Below are positions 23,645 through 34,511 of a DNA stretch of 64,000 bases, one piece after another (positions within the stretch are counted from its first letter, which is position 1; each line of letters opens with the position of its first letter). The DNA is taken from NCBI GenBank assembly GCA_950097015.1, contig CATNEN010000024.1, positions 2,170,001-2,234,000 on the forward strand, given 5' to 3'. The DNA is from Macrostomum hystrix. Taxonomy: Eukaryota > Animalia > Platyhelminthes. The notes below the pieces were generated by a model, which saw only the letters and a list, made by a program, of their open reading frames with translations, was not told the origin of the DNA and ran no database searches. Position numbers and translations under genes: made by a program.

Positions 23645-26272
23645 CTAACCGTCTTCTTCCTCTGGGGCGAGCTCCACGCAAAGACGATCGTTGCGTGGCC
23701 CTAGAGAAAACGACCGACCGGGCAGGTAAAAATCGTGACTGTGCCGGTCGTAGCGAGGCCCAATCGAGTCGGTCACGTGACAGTTGTGCGCCACGGCCGC
23801 GGCCGAGTTGGACATGGCCAGGCAGGTGCGCACAGGAGCTTCGGCAAAGCCAACAAAAGTGGCGAACGTGTTGCTGAGCTCCGCGTGGGCCTGGCTCACA
23901 AAGTCGACCGAGTGGCGGCCGGTGCGCAGGCTCGACTGGGCGTGCACAGCCGCACCGATTGAGTTCAGAACTCGGGAGGTGGCGTCGCGGTTCCAGATGC
24001 TCACGGACAGTGAGCCGGAGACGCTGAGCGACGCTGAGCCAGTCAGCGTCGCCTGCACTATGAAGCCATTATGCAGGTGCAGCCTAGTTGCAAAGTCATG
24101 CAGCTGAAAGTTAGCCTGCAGGACGCTAATGGGCTCCTCGGGAGCGTTCCAAACGGCCGACATCAGGCCGGAGCTGCCTGTGAAGAAACGTCGAGGTCGA
24201 AGCCACTCGCCTAGAACGCTCACCTGCAGGCCAGCAGTCGCCTCGTCTTGGAGTTCGTCTTCAAGGCTGGCATCGCTGCCACTGCTGCCGCCTCCACTAT
24301 CTAAAAGGCTGTCAACGGCATCCGCGTAGAGTCGCACCCCAAGGACGTCCAGACCTTGCGATTCCACGGAAGTATTGAATGCCAGGCGAAAGTCAGATAA
24401 GCGAATGCCACCCAAGCGGTTGCCGAGAAGGTCCAGTTCAAAGTCGACGTCACCGTCACCGAGAAGAGAACCCCGACGATAGGCCGATGATGTAAGCGCT
24501 TCAAGAAGCTCTTCATGACCGGCGGGCAGAAGCTGACGATGACGGCGACGCAGCGGCAGCCACAGATCGGGGCTCTGTCGCAGACGATTGGCGCAGTCCG
24601 GACAGGCCACAGGACCGCCAAGAGCCGATGAAATTGCGTACCGCACTGGGTCGCTAAGCGGCACGTAACGCTGGCGAAGTAGATGCATCAGGCGGCTGCG
24701 CTGCGCGGCCTCAAGCGGTCTGGAAGCCTGCAGGACGCGCAGCCGCGCCACGGCAACCTGTGAGCCGGTGGTGCCATTTACGAGAAGACCGCGCAGAATC
24801 GGCTCCCGGTAGGCAGGACTCGGACAGTTGGTCATGGCAGAAAGCACCGCTAACTCACAATCAACGCTGTCGGTCGCCTTGCATGCCACTAGACGTTCGA
24901 GCAGGAGTTCAGGTACATCGGAGTCTCGTTGATTGGCAGCGGCCCATTTGCGGCCGAGCGTTGCTAGCGCGTGCAGAGCTGACTGGGCGGCCTCGGGTCT
25001 CTTAGCAGCGTCCAAGCGTGCCAGCAGGTCGCGAGTTCGGTCCATGAGAGGCCGTCCGACTCTACTAACCTGGGCAACTGAAAGCAGCAATCGCTCCAAC
25101 AGGGAGTCATCCAGCTTGGATAATCGCTTGGCAACAAAGTCGAACAACGCGCCAAGGCAAGGCCGGGTGCCGCATGCGGTGAACAACTCTAGCACCTCAG
25201 GCAGCCGATGAGGCTTTTCCGCAACCAGCTCGAGTTGCCGACGGAGTTCGGCCTGATCGCGCGCACCACGGGCCAGTGGCAGGCCCTGCACTAGCGATAA
25301 AGCCTGAGCCGAGGGACTCGCCTGCCCAGCCCGTTGAGCCGCCAATCGGGACAGGTACTCGGCCAGGTTGGCGCCGGTATCCGGCCGATCAGCTGTCTCC
25401 GGTGATGTCGGAAGAGCGACCTCTCGGGTCTGCCGGCCAGTTGACTGCAGGTAGGCGGATAGGGTCTCAAACTCTGAGCCGGATGGTGTCGCTGGCTCGG
25501 CTGTCAATAGTCGAAGTCGGCTTTTGGATGCCACTCGGAGACCGAAGTTGCTGGGCAAGCGAACGGGGAGCAGCTCATGCGTTTCGCTGGCCGACACAGA
25601 CGCCAGCAGACCGTTGTTGTCAAACTCTAAAACTGCCACCGAGCCAGCTGGGTGGCGTCGGCGGACGGCGAATAGCGGGCTGGTTGAGTCCCGCTCGCCA
25701 GCTAGTTCGACATTTTCGCAGGCGTCAACACGCTTCTCTAGACGCTTATTTTGTGTCTGGCCGTCCTCGGCAGGAAGCCAAGAAAATGACAGGCCGCATT
25801 CACCCATGGTGTCGGCGACTCGCTCAATGGTGCCGCCGGCATCATCCCGGTAGCGCAGCAGAGAGGCAAGGCCGCGCGCGAAGTTCAGCCAGAACTGGTC
25901 GGCGCGATCTGGTGCAACCACAGAGCCGAACCAGACCGGCCAGCCGGGCTCGTGAGCAGTCAGCAGGTACTCGGAGTCGGCAGGCGCTTGGGCGTCGGCC
26001 AATCCGGACAAGCCGTTGGCCACAGAGGCTGCCAGGAAGCGAAGTCGCAGGGCGGACAGTCCGTTGGAGAACTGAAGCTGCGTCAGGCTCAGATTTGCAT
26101 TTAGAATCAGTCGACCGCTGTGCTTGGCGTCACTGGGCAATTGTTGCTGCAGCTCACTCAGGGTGACTTCCGTCTCGTACTGATAGGTGTACTGCACTTC
26201 GGGCCTGAATGCGGCGGCCAGGTGCGTACAGAAGCACGCCAGGCACAGGAACCAGGCCATACTGCACCGCAT
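23645..26272 (-). CDS. MTTP: Microsomal triglyceride transfer protein large subunit (LLTP family), intronless, 875 aa
   Basis: Signal peptide, YTYQYETEV N-terminal LLT start, helical domain, and C-terminal PISVLQANFQLHDFATRLHLHNGFIVQATLTGSASLSVSGSLSVSIWNRDATSRV, matching the remembered MTP C-sheet. Length is typical of MTP rather than vitellogenin/apoB. Confidence 0.85.
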   Translation of the reverse strand: MRCSMAWFLCLACFCTHLAAAFRPEVQYTYQYETEVTLSELQQQLPSDAKHSGRLILNANLSLTQLQFSNGLSALRLRFLAASVANGLSGLADAQAPADSEYLLTAHEPGWPVWFGSVVAPDRADQFWLNFARGLASLLRYRDDAGGTIERVADTMGECGLSFSWLPAEDGQTQNKRLEKRVDACENVELAGERDSTSPLFAVRRRHPAGSVAVLEFDNNGLLASVSASETHELLPVRLPSNFGLRVASKSRLRLLTAEPATPSGSEFETLSAYLQSTGRQTREVALPTSPETADRPDTGANLAEYLSRLAAQRAGQASPSAQALSLVQGLPLARGARDQAELRRQLELVAEKPHRLPEVLELFTACGTRPCLGALFDFVAKRLSKLDDSLLERLLLSVAQVSRVGRPLMDRTRDLLARLDAAKRPEAAQSALHALATLGRKWAAANQRDSDVPELLLERLVACKATDSVDCELAVLSAMTNCPSPAYREPILRGLLVNGTTGSQVAVARLRVLQASRPLEAAQRSRLMHLLRQRYVPLSDPVRYAISSALGGPVACPDCANRLRQSPDLWLPLRRRHRQLLPAGHEELLEALTSSAYRRGSLLGDGDVDFELDLLGNRLGGIRLSDFRLAFNTSVESQGLDVLGVRLYADAVDSLLDSGGGSSGSDASLEDELQDEATAGLQVSVLGEWLRPRRFFTGSSGLMSAVWNAPEEPISVLQANFQLHDFATRLHLHNGFIVQATLTGSASLSVSGSLSVSIWNRDATSRVLNSIGAAVHAQSSLRTGRHSVDFVSQAHAELSNTFATFVGFAEAPVRTCLAMSNSAAAVAHNCHVTDSIGPRYDRHSHDFYLPGRSFSLGPRNDRLCVELAPEEEDG

Positions 26273-27000
26273 TTCCGCCTCCGTTTCTTGGCTTTTTTCG
26301 CCGCGGATGGGGAAAGAAAGCTAGTCAGTAAGCAATAGTCTTGACCCAGCTTCCTATAAACGTGGATCGAGTGTGACTGATTCTGTCCTTTCTATCCTTC
26401 TTGCTTCATTCGTTCTGTCTCGTCTCGTTCTGTCCTGTGTAGAAAACTGGCGGCTTTTCAACGAAGAACCTTGCGCCAGGTCCAAAAGCATGGCCCCCAA
26501 CCCCTCCTCCAACCTCCTATCCCCCCGAACTCCCTCCGAAAGTCTGGTCCGCGTGCGCAAGAATGCCACGTCATCCCGACATTTCTCTACAACGGCGCAG
26601 CATGGACCCCCACCCCATGACCCCTTATTCAGCCATCTGCGGTGTACGCAGAAGGACCCAGCAAATAGATAAGAATTAAATCAACTGCCTCCACGGAAAG
26701 TGTTCGCTTCTTATCATGGCGCTCAGTGCGTCAGTGGAGCTTGGTCTCTGATGCCAGTGTGCATACACTGATAAGCTTGTGTCTGCACGCATGCACAGTC
26801 GTATTTTGGATTACCCGTATCTTATTGGCCTTCTTAATTCAAAACAGTTCCAAGGAGTGTCTCTCAGAGCCTGACAGAAATAGGGTCGCTGCATATGGTG
26901 CAACGAAACTTTGCCAGTGGCAAATAGTATTTAGGGTACGAATAGAATTTGCTTATAGAGTAACTTCAATCAATCAGCAAGTACGAGCTATTAACAATGC

Positions 27001-27282
27001 AATAATAATAGTAATTTATTACACCTAATCCAATCCGGCCAGAAGTGCAGACGACAGCAAAGCCGCGGCCATTGCGCGGCGCATCTGAAGGCTGCGTACG
27101 GCCGTTCAGTCCCAACCTCGATTACTCCAGCTGATGCCACTTGCCCATTTACAGTTGGGTCAACTGAAGCAATGCTGATTTAATTGCCTTGCTAACGGAC
27201 AATATTTTTTCTAGTGCGGTCAAAAATCGAACCCCCGACCTTCAAATCTCGAGTACGACGCTTTAGCCACAAGGCTAAAACC
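27001..27282 (-). mobile_element. tRNA-derived SINE family 1, diverged copy 3
   Basis: Shares GCAGACGACAGCA..GCCGC..GCGCGGCGCATCTGAAGGCTGCGTAC, CTGAAGCAATGC and AATCGAACCCCCGACCTTCAA with copies 1 and 2; AAT tail at 27001. Confidence 0.75.
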
Positions 27283-28613
27283 GTCGCAGTTGCAACTTGC
27301 GCAATAATTACATAAAACTTGTTATTAAACAAATTAATAATTTAATTGAATAGATGAAAGACATCACTTTTTATAAAAGCGAAGCCTGCTTTGCGGAAAA
27401 TGCTGCGGATGAGGCTGTTATGCGTGACGCGGCCATAGGTAAAATGAGCAGGTACAAGCTGTGTTTCAGATTTTGTTGCGCTGACGCGTCTGTGCGTGTG
27501 TGCATGTTTTGTAGCGAGGATTTGAACGGGATTCTTGGGCCTCGTTGAAATGGGATTGAGGAGAAGAATCGAATTTCCAATCCCATTACGGGCTGGGGGG
27601 ACACGGCAGTTGTCGCGGCTCATTTGGCAATGCAAAGCCCGGAAAGGGAAGGCTTGGCTGAGAGCAGTTCGGGCAGCCGGCTGCTGAGAAATGGATCGCT
27701 CTCGGTGGAAGAAAATTGAAAGTGTGTTGAGGGGAGGACAAAATCGTTGAGCTTATCAGCGGAAGCTGCGAGTTGCTAGGCGAATGGCCAGGACCTGCAG
27801 TTAATTAGCAGGAAGAAGAGGCTCTACTCAATATCACTGCAAGCTGCATGGCGCTGGGAATGCGAACTGCTACTGACAAAACTGAGAAGAAGAGAAGAGG
27901 TGCTCGATACTCGGTTAAGCTCCGTTGAGCTGATTTGGCCTGCAAAGATTTGCTCATGGCTTTCGGCTGGAAGTCTGAGCGCTTTCATCTGTCCCACCCT
28001 GCCTCTCAACCCTCTGTTGGTGCAGGGCTCTACTCTCTACCATTATTGCCACATCAGCTTTTAAACTATCCACTTTTCCGACTTTTCCGACGTGCAAATT
28101 GCCCTACGTCGCATCAATTCATCCTATTCCTCAATCATTGTTCAAAACAAACTTGACGATCAAGCTTTTCTTTTCCAAGTGAGTCCGAAAGCAAGTTTTT
28201 TCAACATTCTCCCATTTCCCTCAGGAAAAATGAGCCAAGTCTATCTGCATCTCCACAACGAGCCTCTTTCATTGGCTCAATGTTTGCGTGTGGTCCAGAT
28301 AGAAAGGCCCCGAGGCCTCAACGAATGGAAGTGCGACAGGAAGGGCGGCTCTTCAGCCGATAAAGTGTCCATGCTCAAACCAAAAGGGCCGAGATTGACG
28401 ATTTCGAGACCTGATCCGGCATCAATTTTGTTAAACTGGAGCAGCACTGCTTGACTTTTGACATTTATCCTTCGCAGGGTGTCAATTTGAGTGTCTATGG
28501 TCAGTCAGAAGTTCAGGACCTTCGCTAGCTGATATGCAAGGTCACGATCGCCAGCCCAAACAAGAATCGGCCGGCACTAGATAAGCCGAGCTGGAATATT
28601 CGTCAGCTCTGAA

Positions 28614-29741
28614 ATGCACCAGCTCAATATATTCATGACTTCCCCTCTGCTGCTCATTCTCCTCCGCCTTGTGTTCCTGTCACCCAGCCTCTGCTGGGTC
28701 CCGTCGACAGGCAAAACGGCCAACACCACCTTCCTGGTGGCTGGTGCCGGGCAGGCCGGAATGTTTCATCGCCCGGCAGGGCCGCAGTTCGAGGCGCCGC
28801 CAAGTGAGGAGCTGACCCTGCGCCAGCTGTACGACTGCTTTGCCGCGCTGGACACGGCCTGCCTGGCTGGCGGTTTCGAGGGCTTGCTCAGACTTGACAC
28901 CAACGGCCGGGCCACGGCTCAGTGGAGCGCCGAGCAGCGCCTGCTTCGCAGCCTCAGAGCGGCACTGTTCGCCGTCCACCGTCAGGACCGGCCAGCCGAG
29001 CGCCTGGCCCTCTGCTTCATTCTGCAGACGCCGGACATTTTCGATCAGACTCGGCCGCGCCAGGATCCGGTCTGTCTTCGACTATATGGGGGTGCCTTTC
29101 ACCTGGAGAAAGCCATTCTACCAGCACAGCGCACTCTATGCCGTACTGGCGACGGCTCGTCAGACGCTGTGTACTTTCTTTGCCAGCGTCCCGCGCCGTC
29201 TCCTCTGCCGCTGCAGCTGACTCCATCAAGAGAGCATCAGCCCGAGTTGCAACTGGAAGAAACTGATGCCCCTTCTGCAGCGTCTTCGGCGGCGGCTGTG
29301 GCGGCAGCTTCAGCGGCTCGAATCCGCTGCGCCCTGGTGTGGTTAGCCGGCTCGCTGACTGCGCTGGTCGCCTTGCTAGCAGTCTGTCTACTGGTGCATG
29401 CCTTCGCCCAGGGTGCGACAGCGTCCCGACCTTCAACTATACATGCTGCAGCCACAAACACAGTTGCACCGCCGCAAGACACGGTTCTGACTCTGTCATC
29501 GATGCAATCGTCTGCGCATCGGCACAGGTTGTCTGAAGCTCGAGGTGCCGCATCTGAGAAGGCAGCTCTGATGATGACCATTGGGCGCGAGGAAGACGAC
29601 AGCGCAGCTGGCGGCACAGACGAGGACGGCGAGGGCGAGGTGGAGTCGGCGGGCGCGATGACTGACTGGTCAAGCAGCGGTCATTGCAGTTTCTGTCAAC
29701 ACCGAGAAGATATGTTGCGAACAACGGAGTGTCACCTGTAG
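28614..29741 (+). CDS. Uncharacterised single-pass type-I membrane protein, 375 aa, intronless
   Basis: N-terminal hydrophobic signal (LLLILLRLVFLSPSLC), Cys-containing ectodomain ending YFLCQ, TM (LVWLAGSLTALVALLAVCLLVHAF), acidic cytoplasmic tail; GC-rich codon style like neighbouring genes. No family recognised. Confidence 0.65.
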   Translation: MHQLNIFMTSPLLLILLRLVFLSPSLCWVPSTGKTANTTFLVAGAGQAGMFHRPAGPQFEAPPSEELTLRQLYDCFAALDTACLAGGFEGLLRLDTNGRATAQWSAEQRLLRSLRAALFAVHRQDRPAERLALCFILQTPDIFDQTRPRQDPVCLRLYGGAFHLEKAILPAQRTLCRTGDGSSDAVYFLCQRPAPSPLPLQLTPSREHQPELQLEETDAPSAASSAAAVAAASAARIRCALVWLAGSLTALVALLAVCLLVHAFAQGATASRPSTIHAAATNTVAPPQDTVLTLSSMQSSAHRHRLSEARGAASEKAALMMTIGREEDDSAAGGTDEDGEGEVESAGAMTDWSSSGHCSFCQHREDMLRTTECHL

Positions 29742-30343
29742 CCGGGCCTGTACGAAGACTGGAAGAAGCGCTATAGACAAGATAAACTCGTGTATGACTA
29801 CATCAACATGTAATCTATACAGTATAGTCAGCGGTTAATGGTTGTTTTACAAGGCTACAATGTATTTATATAGTGTTTTGGCAACTAACTCATAAGCCTT
29901 GACACAAATGAACTAGCAGCCGTAAGTCAAGAAAGCTACTACTCGTAGCATCAAATGTTTTTATTGATGTATATATTTTTCGGTCCTGAAACAATCCAAT
30001 TTACTTTGAGCGCCTCTTCAGGATTGCGCGTATAAACACAACGCCGTATCAGCGCTTACTCTTTTCGTCAGACATATGTATAATGTATAACATGTATGTA
30101 TAACATGCATAAAGTCCGATCGCTAAATTATTGGGCGTTTAATGGGCTCCAACTAAGTATGGAATCTGTTGTCTATGGTTCAGTTTGCATTCCGAGCCAG
30201 TTAAATCATTTAATACTGGAACGACGTCTAATTCATCATAGTCTATGGTTAAAAAAAGATTGTGAATTTAACGGCGGTTATCATACACTTAACATTGTTA
30301 TGAATTCCTTTTGATAAAATGTCATATTTTAAGCCTCGAAAGT

Positions 30344-30705
30344 GGGGGTCGGTGGCAGAGCGGTTAACGCGTTTGCCACTCGCACCACAGTCCCTAAGTT
30401 CGATTCCACGGCGAGGCCACATTTATTTGGGGCGCAGCCGCGGAGAGAAGGCTTGGGGGCTTGTCGTGCAATTTACGCCCTTGAGGGCCAACCTCCAAGG
30501 CACAGTTCGAGTGTACACTGCCTGACGATGAGAAAGTCAGGGCAGATGTACACACCTGTGTGAGCGTATGCCTGCGTACGGTATCTGTGTGCGTGTGTGC
30601 TCAGGAGTCAGCGAAATGGGCAGAATTGCCTCCTCGCTGGCTGCGGGTCTAGTGTCACCAAACTATGTGTCATTGCCCGCAGCCCTCCTGCAATTATTAT
30701 TATTA
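30344..30705 (+). mobile_element. tRNA-derived SINE family 2, full length with 15-bp TSD
   Basis: A-box TGGCAGAGCGG, B-box GTTCGATTCC, 3' stem-loop GCTGCGGG(30640-47)/CCCGCAGC(30676-83), (ATT)n tail. TSD TTAAGCCTCGAAAGT at 30329-30343 and 30706-30720. Confidence 0.9.
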
Positions 30706-32259
30706 TTAAGCCTCGAAAGTTCTCCTATGACTTGTTTAAAGCCCCAAATGTTGCGAGTGCAGTTCAAGTCAAAGTCAAGTCAATTCAAAAACTGCGTCAA
30801 CTGACTCGATGGTACATTTCTGCCTAGACTTTTGCGAAACCTGCAGGTGCTAAAATACCTGATTAATTTAAACATTAACCATTCAGCTGTCAGAATTGCA
30901 ATTTGTTTTACGCCCGTGACTTGCTGAGGAAGGAGAAAATTTACATTCGATTCCAGTTGACAATTCACAGAGCTTTTTCCTAAAAGCGTCTTTTATTCTA
31001 TAAGTAAAAGGAAATTGATGCATGCCTGACAGAAGAAACCACACACAGTAAACAAAAGCTTTATGATTATACTACTATACTTATCCGGATTAATAGTATG
31101 CCAATCATAGCAGCGCGTATCGCTGCCTAATACACTATAGTATCAATAATAGCAGCTAGTTAGGAAGGATAAGGCCTGACAAAAGAAATGAATGAATGCT
31201 GCATGCACTCAGGCCCGCGAATGTGCCAATCCGAGGCCTAAACGCATGCAATCGGAGCTAGATGACAGAAATCTCATCTGCCCTGAGGGTTGGCATGAGG
31301 CGGTCAGTGCACTGCATTCCGCATTAGCTGCACATTGCAGCCTAGAGTCTTGCTGAAATCTTTGCTTCGTGTGCCGTCAAAAAGCATCTAAATTTCCAAT
31401 ATAGGAAAGGCTGTTTATTCCACAACGGTTCATCTATTTTATTATCGGTGTTTATTTACCTGGCTTTAAAAATATTTCTATTTGTTAACAAATCCAATCA
31501 CTCAGTCACTTCAAAACCAGATTGTTTAATAACCAATTAGTATATTAAAAAACTATGTATAAACCTTGTTTGTCAATTAATACACGTAATTAAATTAAAA
31601 AAGTAATAAATCTTTTTATTTTACATCCATTAGAAATTCCACACACTCAATATAATTATTTTTTTTTTGCTTATAATTTATCTAAGAAAGAAGTGAAAAA
31701 GTAGTATAGTCAAAGGATACAAGCAAATTGAGCCACCGACTGAACCAGTGTTTTAAACCCCCTGTAAAGGCCAAGCGTGAGTCGCTAACACAAGCACGCA
31801 ATGACATCCTGACTGAGGCAGACGATAAAAGAGTAGGGAGGGACCCGCGAAAATAGGCAAGACAAACATTGGATTGACAAATTTTCTATATTGTCTACCT
31901 TTTTTCAATGACAAAGGAGCTGGTGAAATGCTACATTTCTGGCTCGCATGGATGAGCAAAGATAAGCGGACTGCTTAAAATAGTTTCTTTAGAGTTCTCT
32001 TCGTCATCAACAGAAAACATTTGTACACAACTTTTATTTTATACATTATCAAGTTTCAAGTATACAGCACTCATAACATACTACTAACAATAATATTTGA
32101 ATAACAAGCTGACAAGCAGGCAAACTGACGAGTACCAGTTTCTTGTTGGAATGCAAAGCGCAACGAGAGTGGAATTTAGATTGAATTTTGGGAGATTTTA
32201 TACGGACATAAGCTAATACTAGACTAGAAGCATTAGTATTCCCTTCGGTGGAGGGGCTG

Positions 32260-32725
32260 AATTATCAGCTGCCCTGGGGAAAGATGGGCGGAATCATCAG
32301 CTGCCCTGGGGAAAGATGGGCGGAATCATCAGCTGCCCTGGGGAAAGAGGGGCGGAATCATCAGCTGCCCTGTGGAAAGATGGGCGGAATCATCAGCTGC
32401 CCTGGGGAAAGATGGGCGGAATCATCAGCTGCCCTGGGGAAAGATGGGCGGAATCATCAGCTGCCCTGGGGAAAGAGGGGCGGAATCATCAGCTGCCCTG
32501 GGGAAAGAGGGGCGGAATCATCAGCTGCCCTGGGGAAAGATGGGCGGAATCATCAGCTGCCCTGGGGAAAGATGGGCGGAATCATCAGCTGCCCTGGGGA
32601 AAGATGGGCGGAATCATCAGCTGCCCTGGGGAAAGAGGGGCGGAATCATCAGCTGCCCTGGGGAAAGAGGGGCGGAATCATCAGCTGCCCTGGGGAAAGA
32701 GGGGCGGAATCATCAGCTACCCTGG
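32260..32725. repeat. 32-bp minisatellite (GGGGAAAGATGGGCGGAATCATCAGCTGCCCT)n
   Basis: Seen directly; ~14 units, downstream of the MEA1-like stop. Confidence 0.95.
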
Positions 32726-32907
32726 AAATAATAGGGACGAAATATTACGAAAGAAAAAAGCGGAGTCATGAAATGTTTTCACAAAGGAGAATTTAGATAA
32801 TCGAAACCAGGAAGAGAATTAAGTAGAATTTGCCTAACAGAAGTGATGATTAAACAAATCTAAAACAAAAACGTCTTTAAGATGCTGCTTAAAATAAAAT
32901 GGCGAAT

Positions 32908-33576
32908 CTAGTGGTAGCCAGTAGCATTTCCCCTATTATCTGCATTATAATCAGTAGCGGCGGCGGCGGCGGCGGAGGCAGCGCCGGCGCCAGTCGAAGG
33001 ACTGGAGGATGAGGCGGCGGCCAGGCGGGCCACCAGGAGTTCCTTCCACTCGCGCTCAGGCATTCGGCGAGCCCATTCAGGCGCAGCCCCAACTGGCAGG
33101 CAAACGCCGCGCATGGCCTCGCGAATGCGCGCCGCCTCGGCTTCGGTGATGCCAGCCGACGGCCTGGGCGGACCGCGCCAAACTGCGGCCAGAGAGGAGG
33201 CGGGATCCGCTGGTGGCGGGTGGGCGAAGGCCGACATTGAGTCGCCACTGCAAGGCAGAAGCTCATCAGCTGCCAGCTGACGCTCGATGATGCGATCCAG
33301 GCCAGGAGTCTCATCTACTTCTGCGTCGCAAGCAGCCTCAACTGGCACATCCTTAGACGACGCTGCGAACTGAGCATCATCATCTTCATTCTCATCATCC
33401 TCGGATGAGGAAGAGTCTGAATTATTGGCACCGATAGGCACATAGCCATACATCTCATGCTGTTGCTCGAGGTGCTGTTCGGCAGTATCTTCTGTGTCGC
33501 CATCTACATCGACATTGCCTATTGTGGCAGCATTGGCATTTGATGCGGCATCAGCTGGGGGCGTTTGACAGGGCAT
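32908..33576 (-). CDS. MEA1: Male-enhanced antigen 1-like protein, 222 aa (an upstream exon is possible)
   Basis: YGYVPI followed by an acidic tract, and C-terminal AARIREAMRGVCLPVGAAPEWARRMPEREWKELL, matching the remembered MEA1 motif (V..TMAGVSLP....PAWA..I....W). Confidence 0.75.
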   Translation of the reverse strand: MPCQTPPADAASNANAATIGNVDVDGDTEDTAEQHLEQQHEMYGYVPIGANNSDSSSSEDDENEDDDAQFAASSKDVPVEAACDAEVDETPGLDRIIERQLAADELLPCSGDSMSAFAHPPPADPASSLAAVWRGPPRPSAGITEAEAARIREAMRGVCLPVGAAPEWARRMPEREWKELLVARLAAASSSSPSTGAGAASAAAAAATDYNADNRGNATGYH

Positions 33577-34511
33577 GGTTGGAGATGCTGCTGAAATGTC
33601 AATGAAAATTTAGATAGTGTCAAAAACAAAAGAAGAAAAAAATGTTTTTTTTTCGAGACCATAACTCAAAAGAAAATTATAGCTATCTTGCATCTCAAAC
33701 TGTCTTGAGTATAAGAAAGCAAATCCTATCTACTCAGAAATTGAAACCCGATTTTTGAGAATCAAAGAACAAATATGAATATTTTTTCATTTAACAATAG
33801 GAAATTAAAATAAGTTTTTTTGCAGAGCAAACTAGCATTTTATTTTCCTAAAAAAATATTCAAGAAAGAACTACTATGGCTTGCTAAATACCAAATTATT
33901 GTATAATAACATAGCTGTATTTATGAGTACAAAACACAGATTTTAGAATATGTATGTCATAATTTTTCTACTTATAATAATAGTAACATCTTCTTTCTGA
34001 CACTGGTTGAACTAGGGAGGAAGGTAGCATACAACAATTTTCTTATTGTGCAGTGGCAAGTAAGCATCATTGTTATTTAGTATCAGTAAGGTCTGTAAAG
34101 TATATTTAAATTAATTTTTTAAAGCAATAGAAATCTTAAGTGTTCCATCTATTTTTAGAACAGTTAATTAGAGGTAAGAAATTTGGGCCTGGGCCAGCAA
34201 GGTGGGTAGACACCAACCACCAGGGGTCTGTTCAGTCTATTTAATAAACTGTGTTTTGCTGTGTCCAAAAGCCCAATTTGAGATATAAGAAAGTAAGAGT
34301 GTGATTTCCCAGCTCTGATTGTTATATCCTTTTCCCAACCACAAGCTGCTTGTCAGTTACATAGCTCTCATCATTCTGCATCTTGAGAGTGTGCCACTGG
34401 TCAAGAATGGTCTAGATAGGTTCCAAAGTCAAAGTCGAAGTCAGTAAGTGCTCTCTTTTGGAGACTCCACTATCTGGCAGAAGGAGCACTAATTGATAGG
34501 ATCTGTTGGAG

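Noticed and set aside
25276-26166. 296-aa plus-strand ORF and other antisense ORFs over MTP, NIT-GC, cadherin and the mucin repeat
   Set aside because: Shadow ORFs of GC-rich coding sequence on the opposite strand or in other frames; no independent motifs.
30520-30540. CTGACGA...GAAA as a hammerhead ribozyme core
   Set aside because: No stem II between the core halves and no stem I/III arrangement; the bases pair in a simple hairpin instead.
32248-32796. Repetitive ORFs of 182, 151 and 119 aa
   Set aside because: Translation of the 32-bp minisatellite in three frames.
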